IMG/VR virus record: IMGVR_UViG_3300013016_000007
DNA from: a virus
Strand: one strand, 5' to 3'
DNA length: 46,312 bases
Made by a program: the position numbers and the translations under genes. The notes under the pieces are model-generated. The model was not told the DNA's origin and ran no database searches. It saw only the letters and a list, made by a program, of their open reading frames with translations. Shown here piece by piece: positions 1-8,525 of this stretch (positions are counted from its first letter, which is position 1; every line of letters starts with the position of its first letter).

Positions 1-123
1 ACAATTTTATAGAAAATAAAAATGACCGCCCTTATTAAGAACGGTCATCATAGTTGATATAACAATGGTGCCGAAGGTGGGACTCGAACCCACACGGAGT
101 TGCCCCCAACGGATTTTGAATCC
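1..123. repeat. att direct repeat, left copy (attL side)
   Basis: nt 1-123 identical base-for-base to 46190-46312 by hand comparison. Contains the tRNA 3' part and its terminator. Identity may extend past both window edges. Confidence 0.9.
9..48 (-). terminator. Rho-independent terminator downstream of the tRNA-Leu fragment
   Basis: Minus strand: ATGACCG (48-42) pairs with CGGTCAT (28-22), with inner CTT/AAG pairs, followed by TTTTTATTTTCT. Confidence 0.7.
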
Positions 124-127
124 GTCT
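66..127 (-). pseudogene. Truncated 3' fragment of tRNA-Leu(CAA) at the prophage left junction
   Basis: Reverse complement reads anticodon arm ACGGA-TTCAAAA-TCCGT (anticodon CAA), a long variable arm, T arm GTGGG-TTCGAGT-CCCAC, and acceptor CTTCGGC-A-CCA. No D arm or 5' acceptor strand follows nt 127. Confidence 0.8.
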
Positions 128-269
128 TGTTTATATGTTTAGAATTGAATTGATTTGCACCAGTTTTGATATAACAGCCCTTAAGCCCTTTTTTTAAATT
201 TTATATTTGTTTGTATTTGTTCCAATTTGCATTGTTTTTAAGAAATTTGGGAACACAAATGGAACGTCT

Positions 270-1427
270 TCATTCAAAATTTATTGCTTTTTCCAAAGCA
301 TTAATTGCATCATTTTGTTGATCTAAATCTCCGTGATAATATAAATCAATAGTGGTTTTTATTGTAGAATGGCCAAGCATTTCCATCACGGTTTCTCTTT
401 TTACATCATCATTAACGTTAATTGTTGCGAAAGTATGTCTTAAAGTATGGATAGAATATTTTTTAGGAAGTTCAGCTTTCTCTAATATTTCATTAAAATG
501 ATCATTATAATAATCAGGACGAAAAGGTGTTTTATCCAGTCGGCAAAAAACAAAATCTTTTTCATAATCACTTTTTCTGATACCATGTTTTAATCTGGCT
601 TCCTTTCTTCCTAATCTATATTTTTTTAAGACCCCAACAAGAGTTGGAGATATTTTAATTTGTCTCCGACTAGATTTATTTTTCATTTTTTCTTTGTGTA
701 TATAGCCACCTCTGACATTAACCATTGATTTTTTTATGTCAATGATTTGCTTATCCAAATCTACCTCTGTCCACTCTAAACCTAAAAGCTCGGATCTTCT
801 CATTCCTGTCATTAATGCTGTAAATATAAAAGTAAACATTAACAGATCATCTTTTGCTGCTGTTAGTAGTTTTTGATATTCCTTTTTATTCATTACTGGA
901 GCTTCTTTTTTCTCTGGCCGCGGGGGATCTATTGCATCTAATGGATTGTATTTTTTTAAGCCCAACTTGATTGCCTTTTTTAATGCAGCATTTAAAAAAA
1001 CAAAGTGCTTGTGAAGGGTATTTTCTGAAAGACCTCCTTCACCTTTTTTTCTACCGTGATCTCTCATATTTTGAAAATAAACTTCTAAATGATAAGATTC
1101 AAGTTTTTGAACTTCAATATTGCCGAAATGAGGAATAAGATAACTCTCTAATATTCCTTTATATCCTTTGTAAGTAGATTCTTGAATGTTGGGTCGCTTA
1201 TGGTTTTCTAACCACCTATCCAAATAATCCGACATAGTTACTTTTACTGGATCTACATAAGTTCCAGTTTGTTGAGAAGATTTAATTTCAACTATCCACT
1301 CTTGAGCTTCTTTTTTCTTATCAAATATTTTAGTTCTTCTTTTTCTTTTTTCACCACTGTCAATTTCAACAAAAGCCCTGTATTTACCATTATCAGTTTT
1401 TTGAATGTGAGGCATTTTGTTTACCAC
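270..1427 (-). CDS. int: Tyrosine recombinase / phage integrase
   Basis: 385 aa. C-terminal catalytic signature (RRSELLGL, HTLRHTFAT, LGHSTIKTTIDLYYH). Lies next to the att repeat. Confidence 0.92.
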   Translation of the reverse strand: MVNKMPHIQKTDNGKYRAFVEIDSGEKRKRRTKIFDKKKEAQEWIVEIKSSQQTGTYVDPVKVTMSDYLDRWLENHKRPNIQESTYKGYKGILESYLIPHFGNIEVQKLESYHLEVYFQNMRDHGRKKGEGGLSENTLHKHFVFLNAALKKAIKLGLKKYNPLDAIDPPRPEKKEAPVMNKKEYQKLLTAAKDDLLMFTFIFTALMTGMRRSELLGLEWTEVDLDKQIIDIKKSMVNVRGGYIHKEKMKNKSSRRQIKISPTLVGVLKKYRLGRKEARLKHGIRKSDYEKDFVFCRLDKTPFRPDYYNDHFNEILEKAELPKKYSIHTLRHTFATINVNDDVKRETVMEMLGHSTIKTTIDLYYHGDLDQQNDAINALEKAINFE

Positions 1428-1439
1428 CTTTCTTGATTG

Positions 1440-2402
1440 CTACCTTTTGATTTTATAACCTCCCAATATTTTTGGAGTAGCTAGATCTTTGCTGTAAGTA
1501 TCAACTAAATAAACCATTACGCTTTCAGTTTCATCAACTTTTCCTGTATTCCAAATTATATTTTGTATAGTAGATCCTAATTGTTCAGCTAATCTTTCTT
1601 TTTCATGTTCGGGTGAATAATACCAATCATCACTTATAAAAACATTTACAAACTTCCAGCTGCCATCACCGTGCCTGGGGCTGACATCAACAATTACTCC
1701 ATTACTTTTGTCTATTAATTCATTAACAGCATTTTCAAAAGTATGATTTTGTTTTTGTTTTACTGCACTTTCAGTCGGATAATAAAAATCTATATCATTT
1801 ATTTGACCAAAATAAGATTTTCCGTCAGTTTTTTGAGCTTTTTGATCGCCTAACATTTTAGATCCATCTTTGCCGTATGTATTAATTATATTTTCCGGCT
1901 GATTATAATCTTCGGAATTAAAACTAAAAGATGCCATTCCTAAATATGTCCCGACAGGAGCATCCTCAGGCATAATAAATGTCTTTTTCGCTACTCCATC
2001 TTTAATAACAGTGGTATCGCTTTTCATATTATAATCACTATCTAATAAACTCAACTCAAATATTCCACCGTCCGGCACATTAGACTTAATTTTTAGAATA
2101 ACTTTATTATCTTTAACATTCGCAAATAAGTCAGCCCTAAACTCTCTATTAACCTTATTCTTAGTTTCTTCCACTTTTTTTGTTTCTACAGCAGTATTTG
2201 CGGAATTGCCATTTTCCTCTTCGGCACCTCCAAAAACAAGACCTATTAAAAATATACCTAACCAGGCACCAGATATTGTTTTACCCACTTTTGAAAACTT
2301 GTCTGACCTTAAAACTAATATTGGTCCAATAACAGGAATAAAGACAGCCGCTAAAATAAGTAACAATTTCTTTGAATCAAACCCTTTGTTATTTTCTTTC
2401 AA
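1440..2402 (-). CDS. Membrane-anchored protein of unknown function on the lysogeny strand
   Basis: 320 aa. Two N-terminal hydrophobic segments (LLLILAAVFIPVIGPILVL, AWLGIFLIGLVFGG), then a ~250-aa soluble domain. Sits between int and the repressor, same strand. Confidence 0.7.
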   Translation of the reverse strand: MKENNKGFDSKKLLLILAAVFIPVIGPILVLRSDKFSKVGKTISGAWLGIFLIGLVFGGAEEENGNSANTAVETKKVEETKNKVNREFRADLFANVKDNKVILKIKSNVPDGGIFELSLLDSDYNMKSDTTVIKDGVAKKTFIMPEDAPVGTYLGMASFSFNSEDYNQPENIINTYGKDGSKMLGDQKAQKTDGKSYFGQINDIDFYYPTESAVKQKQNHTFENAVNELIDKSNGVIVDVSPRHGDGSWKFVNVFISDDWYYSPEHEKERLAEQLGSTIQNIIWNTGKVDETESVMVYLVDTYSKDLATPKILGGYKIKR

Positions 2403-2420
2403 TTTTAACTCCTCCTTTTT

Positions 2421-3056
2421 TTAAAATGATCTAGTTAATCCAACAACTTTACCTACAATTCTTGCATCTTTACTTTTAATCATGATTGGATCATACTTTT
2501 TATTCTCAGGTTGCAAAATCACACTACCATTTTGTTTAAAAACTCTTTTTAAGGTAGCATCGTGAGCATTAACCATTACTACAGCAATATCTTTATGGTT
2601 AACATCACATTGCTTTCTTACTAAAACCAAATCACCTTCATAAATACCGGCGCCTATCATACTATCTCCAGAGACTTCTAAGTAAAAATATTGCCCATCC
2701 CTAACCTTTTCAGAAGGAACTTTTTCATAACCTTTTATGTTCTCCTGGGCTAATATAGGTTGTCCAGCTGCAATTGAACCAAGCACTGGTATTTCCTCAA
2801 ATCCCTGATACCCATCAACTTTTTTATGTTTTGGTTCATCATATCCTAGTAACCAAACTGGATTCACATTAAAATAATCAGCTATTACTTTCACTGTAGG
2901 TATCTTAGGTACCATTTTATTATTTTTATATCTTGAAATAGTTGCTGCAGATAAGTCTGTAATCTCAGCTATAACATCTAAATTAATACCTTTTTCTTCA
3001 ATCAATTGACTTAACCTTTTAGCAAAAACTTCACTTTTTAATTTATCTTCTTTCAT
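2421..3056 (-). CDS. CI/LexA-like repressor (XRE HTH + S24 peptidase domain)
   Basis: N-terminal HTH (INLDVIAEITDLSAATISRYKNNK). C-terminal S24 motifs (SGDSM serine, ATLKR lysine). Divergent from the cro-like gene. Confidence 0.9.
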   Translation of the reverse strand: MKEDKLKSEVFAKRLSQLIEEKGINLDVIAEITDLSAATISRYKNNKMVPKIPTVKVIADYFNVNPVWLLGYDEPKHKKVDGYQGFEEIPVLGSIAAGQPILAQENIKGYEKVPSEKVRDGQYFYLEVSGDSMIGAGIYEGDLVLVRKQCDVNHKDIAVVMVNAHDATLKRVFKQNGSVILQPENKKYDPIMIKSKDARIVGKVVGLTRSF

Positions 3057-3229
3057 TTTTGCACCTCCAATTACTAATAATGTAATTATATTATAATACT
3101 TTATATTGCATTTTGCAAGAATAAATTAATATTTATCAGAAAATATTGCGAAAAGTATTGACAAGTTTTTTTAGTTATGTTAGTATTTTAATTAAGAATT
3201 ACGAAACGCAATAAAAGGAGGTGGAACTT
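3057..3229. promoter_or_regulatory. Divergent lysis/lysogeny switch region with operator-like repeats
   Basis: Lies between the divergent repressor and cro-like genes. Palindrome TTGCA-TTT-TGCAA at 3106-3118. ATATTGC at 3103-3109 and 3143-3149. AATTACGAAACGCAAT at 3197-3212. Confidence 0.55.
3158..3186 (+). promoter_or_regulatory. Candidate early rightward promoter
   Basis: TTGACA (3158-3163), 17-nt spacer, TAGTAT (3181-3186), about 45 nt upstream of the cro-like start. Confidence 0.5.
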
Positions 3230-3445
3230 TTGGCTGACTACACAAAAATGTGGGAACTCAAAAGAAAGATCAAAGAAGAAGGCTATACTTACGCCGAGTT
3301 AGCTGTTGAAATAGGGATGGGCGCAAATACTCTTAGTGATAAATTGAACGGTAAATCTACTTTTACTATTGATGAAGTTCAATTAATAGTCGAAATTCTT
3401 GATATTGATCCTAGAGAAATTCCTAAATATTTTTTTAATTTATAA
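3230..3445 (+). CDS. Cro-like HTH regulator
   Basis: Small HTH protein (YAELAVEIGMGANTLSDKLNGK). TTG 3230 lies 8 nt after AAGGAGG; the track start GTG 3221 overlaps the RBS. Confidence 0.75.
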   Translation: MADYTKMWELKRKIKEEGYTYAELAVEIGMGANTLSDKLNGKSTFTIDEVQLIVEILDIDPREIPKYFFNL

Positions 3446-3470
3446 TTACGTAACGTAAGGATGATATAAA

Positions 3471-4205
3471 ATGAATGATATTAAGATTTTTGAAAATTAT
3501 CAGTTTGGAGAAATAAGAGTTAGAAAAGAAAATGATCAAATTTGGTTTGTTGCTAAAGATTTATGTAATGCATTAGATATTTCTCATTATAGAGATGCAG
3601 TTTATAGATTAGATGATGATGAAAGGGGGTCGCTAATAGTCGACACCCCTGGAGGAAGACAAGAAATGTCAGCAGTAAATGAACCAGGAATGTATTCTTT
3701 GGTTTTGAAAAGTAGAAAACCAGAAGCGAAAAAATTTAAGCGCTGGATAACTCACGATGTAATTCCTGAAATCAGAAAGACTGGACAGTATGCTGCTAAA
3801 CCTAGATCAGTTGAGGATCTTATTATTATGCAGGCTGAATCAGTTAAGGAATTGAAACAAAAGGTTGATCATCAGGAAAAGCAAATTAAGTCAATGAAAA
3901 ATTCGCTTATTCACACGGATCAAGATTGGCGTGACTGGGCTAATAAACAACTTAACACTATAGGCTACCAAATGGGAGAAAGATATAGAGAAGCTAGAAG
4001 AATGAGCTACACTATATTAGAAAACAGAGCGCGCTGCCGTTTAGATGTTAGATTATCAAACCTAAAAAACAGGCTAAGAGAAGCTGGAGCGACTGAAACA
4101 AGAATTAACGATGCAAATAAATTAGATGTTATTGGTGAAGATCCCAGGTTGAAAGAAATATACAAATCAGTTATAGAAAAACTTTCTATCAAGTATTCAG
4201 TCTAA
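3471..4205 (+). CDS. Phage antirepressor, Bro-N domain family
   Basis: N-terminus FENYQFGEIRVRKENDQIWFVAKDLCNALDI...RKPEAKKFKRWITHDVIPEIRKTG is typical of Bro-N/antirepressor proteins. Confidence 0.75.
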   Translation: MNDIKIFENYQFGEIRVRKENDQIWFVAKDLCNALDISHYRDAVYRLDDDERGSLIVDTPGGRQEMSAVNEPGMYSLVLKSRKPEAKKFKRWITHDVIPEIRKTGQYAAKPRSVEDLIIMQAESVKELKQKVDHQEKQIKSMKNSLIHTDQDWRDWANKQLNTIGYQMGERYREARRMSYTILENRARCRLDVRLSNLKNRLREAGATETRINDANKLDVIGEDPRLKEIYKSVIEKLSIKYSV

Positions 4206-4220
4206 GAGGAGGTGTTTGAA

Positions 4221-4466
4221 TTGAAGCCAGAAATTCAAGCTAAAGAGATCATAGAGAAAAGGGTTAGTGAAGAAGTTAAAAAATACCCGTTATTAATGAA
4301 AGTAGATGAAGTTAAGGAAGTGTTAGAAATTAGCGATGATGGCCAGATATATAAAATGCTTAATAAAGGCCAGGTACCCGGAGGAAAGAAAATACCTGGT
4401 TTAGGTTGGAGAATTAATAGAGATGTCTTTTTTACCTGGCTTTATTCTGGAGGTGATTCAAATTAA
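4221..4466 (+). CDS. Excisionase-like small HTH DNA-binding protein
   Basis: LMKVDEVKEVLEIS...IYKMLNKGQVPGGKKIPGLGWRINRDVFFTWL resembles the Xis/MerR-type HTH_17 fold. TTG 4221 lies 8 nt after AGAGGAGG. Confidence 0.6.
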   Translation: MKPEIQAKEIIEKRVSEEVKKYPLLMKVDEVKEVLEISDDGQIYKMLNKGQVPGGKKIPGLGWRINRDVFFTWLYSGGDSN

Positions 4467-4500
4467 AAAAATCATCTTTAAATTAAAAGGGGCCTTAGAA

Positions 4501-4752
4501 ATGCTCATCATCGCTTTAAAAGTTTCAGAAAGTGAAGAGGATAAAGAAATAGTTTTTAGAGCTCAACAGAAATTAGGAATGAAGAACGGCCTGAGGTATG
4601 CGAAAAGAGATTTTGTAGATGAAGTTGCTGACCAATTAGTATTATCAATTATTGAAACTTTAGAAAATCAAATCTCAGAAGTTAAAGAACACCTGGAAAA
4701 TAAATTAAAAAATAGAAACTCTGGAGAGGATGAACTAAATGAAATTAACTAA
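4501..4752 (+). CDS. Hypothetical early protein
   Basis: Co-directional ORF with ATG 4501 in frame within track ORF 4423..4752. No motif recognised. Confidence 0.5.
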   Translation: MLIIALKVSESEEDKEIVFRAQQKLGMKNGLRYAKRDFVDEVADQLVLSIIETLENQISEVKEHLENKLKNRNSGEDELNEIN

Positions 4753-4996
4753 AAAAGAAAAAACAGCCAGTTTGTTACTTGATTTATTTGTAGATTTCAA
4801 TGATAAAGCTGAGGTTATTTATTATGTTGATCCAGTAGATGAATTAGTAATGTGTTCGACGGGAAAAGAAACAAAACTCATTTGTCCTATAAATGAGGTA
4901 GAAAGCGCAACCAGTACTGAAGATGATGTTTTATTCATTGAAGCGGACAAAACCTTTAAATTGACTAAATCTGGACCTATGGAGGTGCAAAAATGA
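4739..4996 (+). CDS. Hypothetical early protein
   Basis: Co-directional ORF whose start overlaps the upstream stop. No motif recognised. Confidence 0.55.
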   Translation: MKLTKKEKTASLLLDLFVDFNDKAEVIYYVDPVDELVMCSTGKETKLICPINEVESATSTEDDVLFIEADKTFKLTKSGPMEVQK

Positions 4997-5187
4997 AGAT
5001 AGATATCAGTTTATCTGAGGAAATGACTATCAAAAGTGCTTTGCAGATGAGGTTGGCCAACCTGAAATCGATAAAATATAAAGATGAATATGTAAAAAAA
5101 GAAATTAAGAAAATTGAATTACTCTTGGAGAAACTAAATAAAGAAGATGAAAAAGAAGCTAAGAGAATAATGAGAGGTGAAGGTTAA
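4993..5187 (+). CDS. Hypothetical early protein
   Basis: ATGA start/stop overlap with the upstream ORF. Charged, helical-looking sequence. Confidence 0.55.
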   Translation: MKIDISLSEEMTIKSALQMRLANLKSIKYKDEYVKKEIKKIELLLEKLNKEDEKEAKRIMRGEG

Positions 5188-5188
5188 G

Positions 5189-5491
5189 ATGGGAACTATT
5201 AGAGAATGGCAACTTGTTATAATGGGTTTTCTTTGGGCCTTCCTTCTGTTCGTATTATTTCCACCAATGATCAAAGATATAATAGACACATTTAAAGAAT
5301 TGTTTATACTGCTGCTGGCCCGGATAATTATATTTTTTAAGCGAATCAGAAAATTTTGGGCTATCTGGCGAAAGACTAAAGAAATCCCAGCTGATGGCAC
5401 AGCTGAGATTCAAAAGAAAAAGCACTCTAAATACATTATAACAAATAGTTGCACTGATTTCCATAGGCAAAACTTAGAGAGGTGGAGATAA
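5189..5491 (+). CDS. Hypothetical membrane protein
   Basis: ATG 5189 after GAGGTGAAGG. Hydrophobic N-terminal segment (WQLVIMGFLWAFLLFVLF). Confidence 0.5.
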   Translation: MGTIREWQLVIMGFLWAFLLFVLFPPMIKDIIDTFKELFILLLARIIIFFKRIRKFWAIWRKTKEIPADGTAEIQKKKHSKYIITNSCTDFHRQNLERWR

Positions 5492-5748
5492 TGAAATTAT
5501 TTTTAAAATTTAAACTTTGGTTAATTGGAATACTGATCCCTTCAATTCATAAAGATTTAGATTTCTTAGAGCTGAACTATGACAGAAGCAAGAAAGGTCC
5601 TCTGATTATTTTATCAAATAAAGGAGCTGGCCAGATCAAGGACTGGGAAGGTAAATATTATCACTCTTATCAAAAAACTATAGGTAAAACAAAATTAACC
5701 CATTATGATACTACAGAAATTTACAGAGCAGAAGAAAATGAAGCATAA
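5491..5748 (+). CDS. Hypothetical early protein
   Basis: ATG 5491 overlaps the upstream TAA, preceded by AGAGGTGGAG. Confidence 0.5.
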   Translation: MKLFLKFKLWLIGILIPSIHKDLDFLELNYDRSKKGPLIILSNKGAGQIKDWEGKYYHSYQKTIGKTKLTHYDTTEIYRAEENEA

Positions 5749-5768
5749 AAATTTGGTGGTGATAAAGC

Positions 5769-6707
5769 GTGGCTGGATACTTCAAACTCTATCGAGATAT
5801 ATTTGAAAGCAGCATATGGATGCAGCCAGTTGATTTGCGATTGTTCATATACCTAATTGGACAGGCCCGCTATAAAGAAGAACCAAACACCAAATATAAG
5901 GCTTATGGAATCATTATTAAACGCGGGCAGTTCCTCAGGTCCTATAGAAAAATAAGAGATGATCTTGAGTATTTTGAGAACAATGCTCTTAAGCATTATA
6001 GTCTTTCAGTAATCAAACGTTCGGTGGATAGATTGGTAGAACAAGAAAGAATAGAAATTGAACAAACTAAGCTTGGAACACTCTTTACAGTCGTTAATTA
6101 CTGTCAGTATCAGGATTATCAAGAAAAATGCGACCAGCTTGGAACAGACTTGGAACAGGGTTGGAACGGCGCTGGAACGGACGCGGAACAATACAGTAAG
6201 AAGGGGAAAGAAGGGGAAAGAAAGGAGAAAGAAAAACGTTCGGACTCTGAAAGCCCGAACCCTCCTTCTAAAACTGAAGAAGATAACCCTAAATATGGAG
6301 AAGATTCTAGACCTTATAAAGCAGCAATGCATTTAAGAAAAAGAATTTTAGAAAATAATGAAAAGGCCCAGGTTCCTCAACCAGATCCAAAGTCAATGGA
6401 AAAATGGGCTTACGAGTTAGATAAGTTAAATAGACTGGGTCCGGTAGGTAGAAATGATGCCGGTTATGATTGGAAAGAGATCGGAATGATTATGGAATGG
6501 TGCCAGGATCATCACTTCTGGAACACTAATATTTTATCAGCCGGTACTTTTAGAGAACAAATAATCAAATTAGAAAATCAAATGAAAAGCGATATTAATA
6601 ATGGAGAATGGAAAGCATCTAAAAATTCAAAACAAAAAGGGAATAAGAGAAAAGAGTTGTTTTTAAAATATAAAAATGAGGAAAAGAATAATTCTGGGGG
6701 TGAATAG
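5769..6707 (+). CDS. Phage replisome organiser / replication initiation protein
   Basis: N-terminus YFKLYRDIFESSIWMQP... (winged-helix type). C-terminal conserved phage block (PYKAAMHLRKRILEN...WCQDHHFWNTNILSAGTFREQ). Confidence 0.6.
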   Translation: MAGYFKLYRDIFESSIWMQPVDLRLFIYLIGQARYKEEPNTKYKAYGIIIKRGQFLRSYRKIRDDLEYFENNALKHYSLSVIKRSVDRLVEQERIEIEQTKLGTLFTVVNYCQYQDYQEKCDQLGTDLEQGWNGAGTDAEQYSKKGKEGERKEKEKRSDSESPNPPSKTEEDNPKYGEDSRPYKAAMHLRKRILENNEKAQVPQPDPKSMEKWAYELDKLNRLGPVGRNDAGYDWKEIGMIMEWCQDHHFWNTNILSAGTFREQIIKLENQMKSDINNGEWKASKNSKQKGNKRKELFLKYKNEEKNNSGGE

Positions 6708-6708
6708 A

Positions 6709-7281
6709 TTGGAAAAATCAGAAGTAGTTCAGTTACTTAGCGCTTTAGATAGATATTATAATCATAAATTTAACTTTCCGGTTGAAGATGATAGCGAGAA
6801 TGAATTATTGATTGAGGTCTGGCATGACTATTTAGGAGATTATGATTACAAACCAGCTTCAGTAGTATTAAAAAAACTTATGATTGAAAAAGAATGGCCA
6901 CCAACACCAGGTGATTTAATTAGAGGAATTCAAAAAGCAATGACCAGAGATGAACCAGTAATGAAAATAAGCGGGCCAGAAGCCTGGAACATGGTTTTAA
7001 ATGCAATCAGCAAGCATAGTTGGGTATATAATCCTAAAGAAGTGAAAGAAGCACTCCCGGAACCAGTTCTAAAGGCTGCAGAAATAACTGGGTTCAGTTT
7101 GATTAATAATAATGCTGATGACAGTTTCATTATGAACAGATTTATTAAGACTTATGAACAGATTTCAGAACATGAAAAAGAAAGAATGCTGCTACCTGGA
7201 GGAATTAGAAAAGATATTGAGAGAATTGAAAGACCAGAAGTAAAACAACTTGCAGAGAGGATAAGTGATAATAATGAATAA
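6709..7281 (+). CDS. Putative helicase-loader-like protein (G39P-type)
   Basis: TTG 6709 after GGGGGTG. N-terminal EVVQLLSALDRYYNHKF...EVWHDYLGDYDY resembles G39P-type loaders. Lies directly after the replisome organiser. Confidence 0.45.
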   Translation: MEKSEVVQLLSALDRYYNHKFNFPVEDDSENELLIEVWHDYLGDYDYKPASVVLKKLMIEKEWPPTPGDLIRGIQKAMTRDEPVMKISGPEAWNMVLNAISKHSWVYNPKEVKEALPEPVLKAAEITGFSLINNNADDSFIMNRFIKTYEQISEHEKERMLLPGGIRKDIERIERPEVKQLAERISDNNE

Positions 7282-7717
7282 TGAAGTTTTCCCTAACTGG
7301 AAAAATGCTAATCAAGAATTAGAAAAATTAACAGAAGCAACATTTATTTATCCGGCCTTTTCCAAACCGTCTGGCCAGATAGCAATTAACTTATTTTTTG
7401 TAGATGAAAAAGCTCTTGATGTAAAGATACCTCAGGGGCATAAGAGAAAATTCGAGAACATACTTGTGGCATTGACTCAGGAAGTGATTCAAAAAGTCGG
7501 ACTTAATATAATTGGAATGGCCTATAGAAATCAGGAGTTAACAGGTGATGTCAGAGAAATGATGGCCCGGGATGCAATTAGTAGATTCAAAAAATATTCT
7601 GAAGATCATGATCTAAAAGATTTTCTTGCCAGGAGACTTAGAGAAAGATTAGGTTTACCGGTTGAAGATGATGCAGAATATACTATTAGATTAGCCTGGG
7701 AGGGTGAAGAAGAATGA
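7265..7717 (+). CDS. Hypothetical early protein
   Basis: 150-aa co-directional ORF. No motif recognised. Confidence 0.55.
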   Translation: MIIMNNEVFPNWKNANQELEKLTEATFIYPAFSKPSGQIAINLFFVDEKALDVKIPQGHKRKFENILVALTQEVIQKVGLNIIGMAYRNQELTGDVREMMARDAISRFKKYSEDHDLKDFLARRLRERLGLPVEDDAEYTIRLAWEGEEE

Positions 7718-7947
7718 AACCAATTATAGTAAATGGAAATGTTGATGCAGACACTAAAAACGATATGGCCGGACTGCTCAGAGACTTTAAGAATGACAAC
7801 AAAGGGAAAAGAATTAAAATTGCCGGACCATTTATCGAAACTGCATTAAGTACTGCAAATTATGAAAATGTTGAAATTGAATTAAGTGAAAATTATAAAG
7901 AAATCAGACTGAATATTACTGATAAAGACGCTGAGGTCTCAGCTTAA
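7714..7947 (+). CDS. Hypothetical early protein
   Basis: ATGA overlap with the upstream ORF. No motif recognised. Confidence 0.55.
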   Translation: MKPIIVNGNVDADTKNDMAGLLRDFKNDNKGKRIKIAGPFIETALSTANYENVEIELSENYKEIRLNITDKDAEVSA

Positions 7948-7960
7948 GGAGTTGGTTAAA

Positions 7961-8359
7961 GTGCCAGTTGTTAATACAAACGTAAAAGAAATAGGTTATG
8001 CTGCGTTAGCTCTGGCCATAATCGAAGGATATACACCGGAAGGAGCTTTGCAGGTAGTAGAAACAGGAGAAGAGCCAGTGACTAAGTTCAATGGAGATAA
8101 TGATATTTTAGACATGATCATTTTAAAGTTTACTGAAGATATGACCTATAAAGAAATTGGTGAAGTTTATAATATTAGTGCAGATAATGCTTATAACAAG
8201 TTCAGAAGACTGGCTGCTAAAAGAAAAACCGAAGACATGGTAAAACTTTATGATGCCGGACTTAATTTTAATCAGATAGCAAAAGTTTTTAGGATGTCCC
8301 GGCAGGGAATCTGCTACAGATATAACAAAGCCAGGGGTGGAGATAATGAAAAGTCATGA
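7961..8359 (+). CDS. DNA-binding protein with two sigma-region-4-like HTH units
   Basis: MTYKEIGEVYNISADNAYNKFRRL and LNFNQIAKVFRMSRQGICYRYNKA. GTG 7961 lies 9 nt after AAGGAG. Confidence 0.55.
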   Translation: MPVVNTNVKEIGYAALALAIIEGYTPEGALQVVETGEEPVTKFNGDNDILDMIILKFTEDMTYKEIGEVYNISADNAYNKFRRLAAKRKTEDMVKLYDAGLNFNQIAKVFRMSRQGICYRYNKARGGDNEKS

Positions 8360-8525
8360 GGTTATTTTCAAGAAAGACGGCCGGGCTAGAAAAGAGGTTA
8401 TTAAAGCAAGGAACCAGTCAGCTGCAGTCGAAAAAATAAAAAAGAAACACAGGACCACTCATATTATTAAAGTCAGAAAACCAAAAGTAACTTTTGATGA
8501 GATATTAAATAAGTTGTTAGGGTGA
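8346..8525 (+). CDS. Hypothetical small basic protein
   Basis: ATG 8346 after GGGGTGGAG. Lys/Arg-rich. Confidence 0.5.
   Translation: MKSHEVIFKKDGRARKEVIKARNQSAAVEKIKKKHRTTHIIKVRKPKVTFDEILNKLLG

Noticed and set aside
1-123. The terminal 123-bp repeats as LTRs or an assembly artefact of a circular phage genome
   Set aside because: The repeat contains a tRNA 3' part plus terminator, and the left copy is joined to non-tRNA phage DNA. With an adjacent tyrosine integrase, this is the classic attL/attR signature. A circular-permutation artefact would not truncate a tRNA at one junction only. It cannot be fully excluded without flanking sequence.
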